Shown: one piece after another, positions 1 to 10,295 of the stretch
How the letters are laid out: each line of letters opens with the position of its first letter
Numbering within the stretch: position 1 is the first letter of the stretch
Assembly (NCBI RefSeq): GCF_964355755.1
Contig: NC_092675.1
Coordinates: forward strand, 9,357,812-9,421,811
Source of the DNA: Antedon mediterranea
Taxonomy: Eukaryota > Animalia > Echinodermata
Direction of reading: 5' to 3'
DNA length: 64,000 bases
Notes under the pieces: model-generated
Seen by the model: only the letters and a program-made list of their open reading frames with translations
What the model was told of the DNA's origin: nothing
The model's database searches: none
Program-made: the position numbers and the translations under genes

Positions 1-51
1 GATAACTGATGCTGGGGTACTGTAAGTAACACTTACCATGTGCAAGCTTAC

Positions 52-585
52 CTTGAAAACCAACAAAGTACAACGAATGCTTTGGTTTACCACCGATAAT
101 TCCAAGACAATTTTCCATTGTAAATAGTGACTGTATTCCACGTAGGTATATGGGATTCACCACCTCTCCACCGAGCCTAACAGGAACCAGTAATACGACA
201 GCAGTCCAGGGGGCAACCTCTTCCAAATCATTACTTGACTCTATGGCACTGTCACATTCTAAATCGCCATTATTGTAATGTCCTGAACCATTTTGATTAT
301 TTTCAGTCGAATGACTCCTACTGGAACTAGCGCCATCAGAGTACGATACATTGTGGTTCTGTAATTTGTACAGTTCATTATGGTGTTTTTTATACACATT
401 CCTGTCGTTATAGTTTGTAAAGTTCTTGTTATGCATTTGTTGTGAGGCGGTTTTATGACTGGTAGTTTTACTACGTCCATTTTCATCTTTTGTTGATTTC
501 TTGTTTGCTGTTGGTACCTGGTAAACAGGTTGAAGTGATGACTTCTGCCTACTGGTGCAAATATCAATCACATCTTGTTTATAAA
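52..585 (-). CDS. ATG4D: ATG4C/D-like exon 6
   Basis: Acceptor tatag; [10 protein letters not shown], long insert, then [21 protein letters not shown]...[19 protein letters not shown]; donor G|gtaagc. Confidence 0.93.
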
Positions 586-3500
586 CTATAAGAAAACAAA
601 ATGTTAAAGAATAGTAATCGTTATTGTAATAAAGTTCTATTTTTTTATTAAATTTGTTTACAATGTGTGCAATAGGAGGCTTTCTAGATAAGTGATTAAG
701 TTCACTTGGAAATCCTGTCTATGTCTGGTTGTGTGTAGTGTTTTGTTCCTTTACCATGTATTGTATTTTTTAAATATTCTTTTTGAGGAATGAAATGAAT
801 TGAAATAGCATATTATACTACTCCTATTCAAAGTTGATTACTTCTTACTCTCTTGTTGAAATAACAATGACATTTACTTTTTCTACTTCTTTATCCCTTT
901 ATCAATAATTTTAAATGGCATATGTAGAAAATAAAAATTCATTTATTTCAAATTAAATTAGATCGAAAAAAGTAAATCTGGTTTATTTATATAGGAATTG
1001 GAAACTTTCCAAAACATAATTTACATTTGAACCTTTAGTCCTCTTCATCAAGATATGGTAGCTCAAGAACAATGCATACATACCTGTACAATCTTGTCCG
1101 ACATATATACATATCTGTTCAAGTAGGGGATGCAATTCAGGTGCTATATCTACTGCCTCTCTGTAAGCGATAAGAACATTAAATGAAATACATTAGTTTG
1201 TGTATGTATAACATTAACTGGTAACAAATGTGGTACAGTGAGCTAATGTAGTATTATTCTACACTATGTATATTAAATAGTCCTCATTTTGTGATGGTAA
1301 AAAGTTTTATTTATGTTCCTGTGCTAGCTAGTAAAAATGTATTAATTAGCATCTTTAAAATTAGGTGGTAATGGACTGTTGGTCCAATGTACAATGTGGC
1401 CCAGTGAACAAAACATAGTTATTTTAACAGGAAAATATTATTTAACATAAAATACATTTATTACCAAAAAAATGATGCAAAAAATACTTCCAACTGACAT
1501 TAATGTTAATGTACAGTATTATATAGCATATTCCACAAACAATGTCATCTCAATGCACTGTGGACATATACTTTTCAACTACATGCTTCGCCCCTAAGGG
1601 TCACATCATGACTGTGCTGCCAACTATGGCGCTATTTATCTTAACAGTAAATCCAATAATAATTTAAACATGATATTTTAGTACTAATTAAGCACTTGAC
1701 ATATAGGAGACACGTTATTCAGTTTTATTACCTTTCCTCAAACTTAAAGTACACAGACTTTAGATACTAATGCTTTATCAACTTTATAAACACAATTGCA
1801 CTATTAAAACATTACATTTCACACAATTTACATTCTAATTATGCATATATTCCATTACTACAGAACATAGTACACAATTACTTGATTTCAAATTGGAGAT
1901 GGGGACATTGGTATTGCATCTACTTTACTATACTGTCAATAAGTTGCTCACAAATGCATCAGGATAGTACAGTAATAGTATCATTTTCCTAAGAAATTTC
2001 CTCTGAAGTTGATAACACTCTCACAACTTCAAAGCTACTGTAGAGAAATTGTTGGGTGTACACTTAATTGCAAACATGATAATCTTGCTCACGTACAGTA
2101 TGCATAGCAGATTTACATTGTAAGATTATAAAGGGAATTGAATCAAACTATACATTTTCATCATGTAGATTTTAAATCTATTTTAAAGGATTCAATTTAT
2201 TTTAAATCCACTCTTATTGTAAAGCTAAGTAGCTATTTGTACTCAATTATCTAGGTGCAATATGTATTTTTACTTGTCAAGGTCAGAAGATCAAACCAAA
2301 AGTGTCAATTCTTCTAAGCCAGTCATGCAAAATAATATCAGAAATACCCTGAACCATCAAATATTTTAAGTTATTGAAATTTATTTACACTAAAATAAAA
2401 CAAATCAATGTTTCTATTTCTTTCAATGAAAACAGAAACCTGTAAAAATCTGTATAGAAGCTTAAAATGACTTACTTTAATATATGAGCAACTGATGCTG
2501 GCCCATACCAATCACCCGCTTTTTTGCCTGAAGTCTGACCAATGTCCACAAGGCGATGAACGGAGAATGGACTCATTTCTGAGGGCTGATCACCAAACCA
2601 TCTGATAATTTGATAATGATGGACCATCATCACTTCAGATTGATCTTTGTAAATATTCCAATCTAACAAAAAAAAAAAAAATCTGTTCAAATTCCAAGAC
2701 AAAAAAGCAAACACCAAAGTTAGGTTTGATGATGTACTGTACCAATCACAAGGTCCTCGCTGCAAAATTGGTATTCCTCAATAATTCACAAGATAAATTA
2801 TGGAATAAATTAGGACGTTAGAGAGGGCGCTATATAAACATGGACATAGGTTGTATCAACGGTTTTACCTCTTCCCAAAAAATGTAAAACTAAACTCTGT
2901 GCCAACATCATCTGTCCACTACGAAGCATGCATCCCCAGCCACAGTCAGTGGTGAAGGAAGAACCGGCAAGCACAGGGAACTCTCTGCGATATGTCAGCC
3001 ATATTCGAGAGGTGAAGTCACGCTTGAAAAGTTCCATCTGACCTGGTTTACCATTGTTTTGATTCTGATCTTCAGTATTTGGGTCTGGATCTGTAAAATG
3101 TATACAGTCAGTATTAATTAGTTAAATTAAAAATATTTTTCCCCTGAAAAAATAATTTATACTTTTTTTGTTAAATATGTGATTATAATGTCACATACTG
3201 TAATAATTATTCACGTTGACCAAACATTGGATCAAAAAGTGTCTGCCAGAATGGGTTTTGGTTGTTTATTTTGTCTTTTTATAAGTGAAATGATCAAAAT
3301 CTGATTTATTAATTTTTCATGTTTTGGGAACAATACTTTTTATCTTTGCTACCAACCAACCATCATGTTGATGCTGCCGTAAAGAACTATAAAGTTCAGT
3401 AGATGTTAATTGTATTGTGTTCTAAAACTATTGTATTTCTTATACCTTCAGGTCGTTGATGGTAACAGAATCCTAAAAACCAAACAGGTTTTTGATAATT

Positions 3501-5565
3501 AAAATTTGTCTTCATTTTCACTGTCCAGCCTATAATACACAAGATATAAACATGTAACATTTAATTTTCACAATGATCGACAATATATAAAACATATTAA
3601 ATTCTTTAAAATACAGTTAAAACAAAATTTCTTTTTTGAAAATAAGAAGTTAATATTCAACTTGACCTATTAAATCATAACAAATTGTGAAATTGAAAAA
3701 ATCTAATTATGAAGAAGAAAAATGAAACTAAAGTAGAAATTTCGTATGTTTTTAAGATGCAATATTTACAGAATGGTACAATAAATGAAGGGAAATCCCC
3801 TAAAAGAATGTATTCCAAAATAATTTGATAATAAAGACATACAGTACTGTGAATTACATTTAAGTAAATATATTTTGTACAAACACAGACACTACAGTAA
3901 AAATGGAATATTTATATATATTTTTAATATATTATTAATTTTCTTATCTTAGACAGGTAAACAGAGACTCAAGTGACCTTCTCTGATGCATTTCCTTAAT
4001 TTCCTTTTCATGAGAACTTCTTCAAATTTAACTGAATATTCTGGCAATTTTCCTACTCAATCAACTGTCATCATTCAAGAAAGCTCTATCATATTATTAA
4101 CTCTCTTGTTAAAAACAAGTGCATTATATACATTATAATAACCGACAACTGTGTATTTGTCTGTATCTGTACATTATATGAATTGTTGTACAGCATACAG
4201 AACCCCTTCTTTGTAATATACCCCTATTTAGGGGACACATCTGTCACATTTTCTTGTGGATCGAAAGAGAGGTAATATGCTTTACACCTACTGTAGGACT
4301 AACCCCTATTCAGGGGAAAACTCCTATTTAAGGGGAAACTTTCCTAGGTCCTATGGTATCTCTTAGGGAGTTTTACTGTAATCAGATCTTGAATTTTTTC
4401 ATGGTATACAATATGGAGAATATTGTCGAATATTCAACCAATTGCATACAACTAATTAAAGGGAAGAGAAATACATAACTTTACACAAGATTTGTTCTTG
4501 ACACCATAAATTAATAAATGGCAACATCAATTAAACATCTACTTACGTTTTGCTTTTTTAACCGTTACCTGGCAACAAAATGCTACCTACCAAGCATTTG
4601 TGTGGTTAAATTTAGCTATTTAATAGTGTTAAACAAAAAAAATGTGTTATATTATAAGAACTGTAGAATTTTACAGTTAAATTTACAGTAAAAATTTAAA
4701 AAGAATCATAAATTCTAATTTATAAATATGAATTAGGATGCAAATATGCCTACAGTACTTGAAAAAGCATAATATTTAAAAAAATTCTAATTAATGGTAT
4801 TAAGCAGGCCTGACAAATTAAGTTTGTATTTATCAAATTACCATATTTCATATTATTCCACATCGTCATTAGTTTCGTTTTCACCTTCTCCCCCTGTTCC
4901 TCCTGCAAGTCATCGTCGGTTGATAGCGATCGTCTCCGCCAAAGAAACATTGCATCTTGATCAATACGGTTATACATCCTGTCACTTGATTTGCTACGAG
5001 TTCTCGAACGCGAGTTGGATGTCTTTGGAGTCCGACTTCGACTAGATTCAGAGGCGGGTGGTAAAGATCTTTGACTCGCTTCCATTGGTCTCAAATGTTC
5101 AGAGTCTAAATCGTTTGTGTACCTGCCCCTCAATGAATGCATTTTTGGGTCCAGGGTGTGGTACCTATTTGCAGTGACTGCACTTTTTTTATTTTGTTGA
5201 CTCATTGTTGTTGTTGATGGAAAGTCATAATCATCATCAGTCAAATCATCAGAATAATTTATTTTTAAATTTCCAGAAACAAAAGGTCCTGAAGCAGCAA
5301 CTGACTGCAACTCCCTTTCAGATATAGTACGTGTTTTACCTTGTTTTTTTGGAGTAGAATTCATTGTAACCTTATTCTTAGGCCCCTTTGAACTGTTATT
5401 GCTTGTTACCTGTCGCGAGCTGCCTCCACTTCGGCCACCTGCGCTACCCCTGTCACTTTCCGACGAGATATCCGTCGTGGGCCTACTACGGTCGTCGACA
5501 ACATCTGTAAATACTCTCTTTGTAGCCTTCCATACTTCTGATACAGGAGAATTTAATAGGTCCAT
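52..5565 (-). CDS. ATG4D: ATG4C/D-type cysteine protease (peptidase C54), 5' six coding exons; gene continues off the left edge
   Basis: GT-AG exons 4842-5565, 3446-3529, 2869-3090, 2476-2662, 1084-1160 and 52-585 splice in frame. Motifs: [15 protein letters not shown] (ATG4C/D-type), [26 protein letters not shown] (catalytic Cys), [31 protein letters not shown]. The catalytic Asp/His exon is outside the window. C versus D paralogue cannot be resolved. Confidence 0.95.
1084..1160 (-). CDS. ATG4D: ATG4C/D-like exon 5
   Basis: Acceptor tacag, donor G|gtatgt; [25 protein letters not shown] matches the ATG4 IYVAQDCTVY motif. Confidence 0.92.
2476..2662 (-). CDS. ATG4D: ATG4C/D-like exon 4
   Basis: Poly-T acceptor ttag, donor AA|gtaagt; DWNIYK...IIRWFGD...PFSVHRLV...[18 protein letters not shown]. 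Confidence 0.95.
2869..3090 (-). CDS. ATG4D: ATG4C/D-like exon 3 (catalytic Cys)
   Basis: Acceptor tacag, donor G|gtaaaa; [17 protein letters not shown]...[26 protein letters not shown]. Confidence 0.96.
3446..3529 (-). CDS. ATG4D: ATG4C/D-like exon 2
   Basis: Acceptor tatag, donor G|gtataa; encodes [28 protein letters not shown]. Confidence 0.92.
4198..4378. mobile_element. Tc1/mariner/pogo-like MITE (family D)
   Basis: TA-CAG(TAG)AACCCC ... GGAGTTTTACTG-TA with CCCCTATTTAGGGGACAC subrepeats. Relatives at 9637-9788, 9840-9901, ~38890-38989 and flanking 39115-39690. Confidence 0.6.
4842..5565 (-). CDS. ATG4D: ATG4C/D-like exon 1 (long Ser/Arg-rich N-terminus to NMKY)
   Basis: ATG at 5565; open frame to [15 protein letters not shown]; phase-1 donor G|gtaatt at 4841. 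Confidence 0.88.
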
Positions 5566-5679
5566 TATACAGTAGGTATTTATAGTATATTATGCCAACA
5601 TTATAAAACATTAGAAGCAGAACAAGCCCAAAACAAACACCTAATCATAACATCGTTCACTCCCCTCCTCCTACACACT

Positions 5680-5790
5680 CCACCATTTTGCGGTCAGATC
5701 ATAAATGTAAATCACATGAACTTTGGGAAAGTACGAAACGCAAGAGGATCATCACGATATTCTTTTGTATAGAGGGCGCAAGCTAAAAAA
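5680..5790 (-). promoter_or_regulatory. Probable ATG4 promoter region
   Basis: CpG-containing patch 115-225 bp upstream of the ATG with a YY1-like AAAATGG and TCATGTGA (M-box/CLEAR-like) at 5712-5719. Confidence 0.35.
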
Positions 5791-6367
5791 TTGTCTTGAC
5801 TAACATCAGTATTTCTCTCACCAAGACATCATTACTAGCAACAAAATAAACGATTTCCGTTATACAAAAACTAACAATAAATTAATAAATGCAAATACTA
5901 CTGTTTTATTAATTTAATAATAATAATAATAATATTTATTTGGAACAACACTTTTTTAACAGTGCGTCCATACCAATTACAAAATTCAATACAAAAACAA
6001 TGAAAAATAAAAACTGAAACGAAAATAAAACATATTTGAGATAGACATAAAATTTGACTCGACGCTATTACAAAACTTATTTACAAACTAAAACTACACT
6101 AATATACAACTACTAATTTTGCAACAGCAATGGAAAAGAAAACACTTTTTTTTAAAAAATAAAACAGTTCAAATTTGTAATACAATTGCATTTCTTAATT
6201 TTCCAATACTAACTATTTACTTTGTAATATATGCTATATGATGATATTAAATATATATCCAGCCATTGATCCAGCCACTGATACCAACAGCATTGTCATT
6301 TTTTCAGTAATTTGCCTTTGGCCTTGGATTTTTATATATAACAATCGAGTTCGAACAATACCATGAA

Positions 6368-6439
6368 ACCCCAGTGGTCTAATGGTTAGGACATCTGCAT
6401 ATCAAGCAGGCGGTCCGAGTTCGAGTCTCGGTTGGGGCG
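6368..6439 (+). tRNA. tRNA-Asp-like gene with anticodon ATC (probably repeat-borne or pseudo-tRNA)
   Basis: 72-nt cloverleaf: acceptor ACCCCAG/TTGGGGC (1:72 mismatch), D-arm GTC/GAC, anticodon stem TCTGC/GCAGG with loop AT-ATC-AA, 4-nt variable loop, T-arm CCGAG-TTCGAGT-CTCGG, G discriminator, TTTTT terminator at 6442-6446. Confidence 0.7.
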
Positions 6440-6559
6440 ACTTTTTCTCATTCTCACAGATTTCCTCATCTTTATCGTTTCAAATTAATTAATTAAATTT
6501 CAGTATATCACCGGGCGGTTTAGAATTAATGTTCTTTGCCTCTTGTGTTTATATATGAT

Positions 6560-7400
6560 ATAAATCAAAGAGCTGCATAGGCAGGATATAGAAAAAAATC
6601 AAGATCAAATAAGTTAAAACTGCCTCAATATAGATTTATTTTAACGACATGTTTCAGGCATAGCCCATCATCAGGTGAAAAGAATTGTAACAAAGGATAA
6701 CATATAAGTCACAAAATTACATAATCAATCAAAGATGTTAACAAACAAAAGGCATAGTTATAAAGGCACGCCTCCAAAAGCTATGGTGTACAAAGCAGGA
6801 ATGGTTGCTTATAAAGCAGGAAATTTAAAACAAAGACAAAAGCTTCAAGTGTAAATAATTGTTAATATGTGAATGTCTCTGGCAAAATTAATGTTTAAAG
6901 GATCTAAATTGTACATTTATGCCGGTAGGGGCAAGAGTGCCAAGCTTTACAATTATTCTTTCTTCTATAATTCTACGAGATGTCTCAGAACCATTACATA
7001 CTTTAACACCAGAAATTGTAATATCCGAAAGGGAATGCTCATTATTACAAAAATGGGTGGCTACAGGTAATCCGGGAGTCTTTAGTTTAATAGACCTTAA
7101 ATGTTCTACAAACCTATCACCTAACCTGCGTTTAGTTTCACCAATATAAAGCATATTACATTTAGTACACGAAATACAATAAACTAGATTTCTAGTGGTG
7201 CACGTAATACGATCTGTGATAACATAATTACCAGAAGGTCCTACTATTTAGTTTGAACATGAAACGTAATTACATGTCGAACATCTATTTCTATTACATT
7301 TGAATGTTCCAGTTGATTCATTACCTTTGTTTTGTAATTTAGATTTAACTAAAGTGTCTTTAATGCTTTGATCACGTCTGTAAGCTATCATGGGTGATGA
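6560..7400 (-). mobile_element. 5'-truncated Penelope-like retroelement (Neptune/Nematis-type: Zn finger + GIY-YIG endonuclease + 3' region with hammerhead)
   Basis: One frame reads PMIAYRRDQSIKDTLVKS...CNRNRCSTC...(TAA at 7248-7250)...CTTRNLVYCISCTKCNMLYIGETKRRLGDRFVEHLRSI...PVATHF...LAPTGIN. Both ends abut TA-rich microsatellite. Confidence 0.92.
6639..6681 (-). ncRNA. Minimal type I hammerhead ribozyme of a Penelope-like element
   Basis: Minus strand UUUUCAC-CUGAUGA-U-GGGC-UAU-GCCU-GAAA-CAU-GUC-GUUAAAA: both core boxes, stem II, palindromic ACAUGU stem III, GUC cleavage triplet and a 6/7-bp stem I. Confidence 0.8.
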
Positions 7401-9400
7401 TATATAATATATATTTATATATATGATGATATTTATATATAAACTGGTAAGCCTACAATAAAGCTGCAAGCATTAATCAATCATCGAAAACTAATCATCA
7501 TTCTAGTTTATCAATTCTGTAAAAAAATAACAAAAATAATTATTTTTTTTATTTTACAAACATTTTTCCTTGAAAAAAATACTCTTCATACCTCGCCCGC
7601 CACCAGTGTAACTCCGGCAATAAGAACACAGTATCAAAGGCATTTGAAGTTGATCACGAATGTAAATGTGTGTATTGTTTTGCTTGTGTTTTTCTGCCAA
7701 GAAAACAATTATCATTAGTGACTATGTATGAATGACTTAATAAATCGAATCTGAATCCTGAATCTGTTCATGGATCATTGATGGTTATAACGAAGAGGGT
7801 TGGATACAGCCAATATTTCCTTTTCGTAATAATAAGTTAATGACCGTATGTAAATTGCGCTTAAAATATATATAATAATGATATCATGATATGGCGCAAA
7901 GATCATCGTCGACTGGGAGGTGGTAAGTCATGTCTGATTAATTGTCACTAATTTTTATGATTCTGTATCGCCCAATTTCCCTACTCATCTGAATTATGAC
8001 ATGTAGGCCTACGGCCACAGAAGAAGATACATGTTCTAGCTATACTCTGCCTTTATTTTATTTATTTAATTAATTATTGTACAGTAATCTCATTGTAATT
8101 TTAGACTTATTTTGAACACATCCATATTTTTCAATATAATAATAAATATAAATATTTATGTTTTATTAAGAATCGTTGGTTATCAATTATTAATATTTAT
8201 TTGGTTTTAAAATAGTATTTTTGCTTGGAGTGAACGGTAATGATGAACTGCAATGTATACTTTTGTAATCATTCAAATCTATTTTGTTCTCGCATTACTA
8301 TTATTAAAAATGTCTGCAACTGGTCTAACAGGCCGGCCCATTGCAAATTTTGCGTTGTTTTTGCCATGATTTCCCCGACCTGATACATGTTTTTGATGGA
8401 CAGTAATTTTAAAGTAAATCTAGGATTACTTTATATGTTTTGATGGTTGATATTCATCATGTTTATTATTTTCTGATTACCGTCAAAACCATGCCATTAA
8501 TATTCAAATCAATTACATTGTTCACAGATAAAAAACACACTAACTATTGCTGTTGTATTAAAAATGCAATTTATTCTACTTCCATTAGGCCTATATAATA
8601 TGGCAAGTTACATACAACGGATAAGCTACGAACAGTTATTCATTTACAATTTCTAACAGATACAACCACCCACTAACCCACCACTAAACCTTACTGTATA
8701 TCGAAAACGTTGTTGCGACAAAGCTCCTCAAAGCAAAACATATTTTCTTTTATTCCATTGAACCGAATAACCCTTAATATCCCTTAAATTTTATAGAAAT
8801 ACTACAAAAAATTATTATTTATAATGGATCTTTATAAATTAGTAATGTTATAGCTCCGTGATAGTACGAGTATTATTAATAATTCTTTTATAATTACACT
8901 ATTTTTGAACTGAAGTCATTTCAATTGCAAAATAAAAGTGAGCCCTCTATTATGTAAGTTTTATCCAAACTTTTTATTTGCATAATAGTTCACAGTATTG
9001 TATTCTCATCCTGATATAAGTGATGGTATTTACTCTACATAGCATTCTCCACCAATAAAGGCTATTATATTATAATTATATATATAAAAAGAAAAATCTA
9101 TAAAACTAAAACATTCTTCATTCAATGAAGAGTAATGATCTTATGTACATTTTGTATTTAAAAAAAACTACTTTGTACAATTGTATTATACATTATAAAA
9201 GAAATATCTAAAAGGCATTAAAAAAACATATAAAATATAATAATAATAATAGTCCAGTTATCCTAAGTAGAACCTAGATTTACACTCTCTAACTGCACAT
9301 TGAATCACCAGCTTCAAAACAAATATTTATAGAAAAAATTGGGATATTCAATTCAGAAACCTTTGTGATCTGTAAATCTGAAAAGTAATTTGTGCCTTGG

Positions 9401-9535
9401 GCTGTCTACACTATCACATTTTATTTGACAAAAAAATGTGATGTGCCCATATATGGACATGATGTCGTATCACTAGCATATTTGGGCACATCGCACCTTT
9501 TTGTCAAACTAGTTTTTGATAGTGTAGACAGAGCT
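9401..9535. mobile_element. Harbinger-like MITE family A copy (possibly in the RhoGAP 3' UTR)
   Basis: TIR CTGTCTACACTATCA / TGATAGTGTAGACAGAGCT; shared core TGATGTGCCCATATATGGACATGATG. Confidence 0.8.
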
Positions 9536-9636
9536 TTAATTAATGTTTTATAATAAAATGAAACTGTTAAACAGTTTTCATTTGAATATAAAACATTAAT
9601 TAACGTTAAGTAATGCAGTAATTATATTATATTACA

Positions 9637-9788
9637 CAGTAGAACCCCTCCTTTGGAACATCCCTATTCTGAGAATTTTTTGAAACAAACACAAGTTTTA
9701 ACACTATGGCCAACCACTTAGTTTGTTCCGAGGTGTGGCCTCAGTAGGTGTGGCCTCAATAGGTGTGGCCTCAATAGGGGTTCTGCTG
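9637..9788. mobile_element. Tc1/mariner/pogo-like MITE (family D)
   Basis: CAGTAGAACCCCT ... AGGGGTTCTGCTG-TA; internal AGGTGTGGCCTCA x3. Confidence 0.6.
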
Positions 9789-10184
9789 TATTTTATCCCA
9801 AAAAATAATGATGTAGATTAATACATTTTAATTATTGTAAAGTAGAACCACTCCTTTGGGATATCCCAATTGAGGGGAAACAAACACACATTTTCTACTG
9901 TATTTTATAAGAAATATTCTCATGTGTGGAGTGGAATGGACATGAATGATCACATCTTATCAAATAATGGGGCCAGACCATGACATTTGACAAAAAATAG
10001 GGATGCATTTTTGTGGCTTTTAGAAAATTTTACATTTTATTATTTTAAAATAAAGAATATTAATATTATCAACTAATAATAAATTAAACTGTTATCAACT
10101 AAATGTATAAAAACAGAAAGCAAAAGCAGTCTAAATCATGTCTTGTTGATTGATTTGCAGTCATTTCATAAACTCTGCGATTCT

Positions 10185-10295
10185 TCATGGTCCGTCCACA
10201 GACCGATTTTTCCTCAATCCCAGACGTTTTCTCAGACTATCAACTTCTTGTAGAAGACGTCGACTCTGCTCCTCCGCAGCTGCTCTCGCTGCTTC
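10185..10295 (-). CDS. ARHGAP24: RhoGAP last coding exon
   Basis: Acceptor ttcag; EAARAAAEEQSRRLLQEVDSLRKRLGLRKNRSVDGP-stop completes the coiled coil. Confidence 0.85.
   Translation of the reverse strand, partial: EAARAAAEEQSRRLLQEVDSLRKRLGLRKNRSVDGP

Noticed and set aside
259-567. 102-aa minus-strand ORF
   Set aside because: It is an alternative frame of ATG4 exon 6; the spliced frame carries the conserved motifs.
7248-7250. Selenocysteine or readthrough recoding in the Penelope ORF
   Set aside because: The in-frame stop is TAA, not TGA, in a truncated copy; a nonsense mutation is the simplest explanation.
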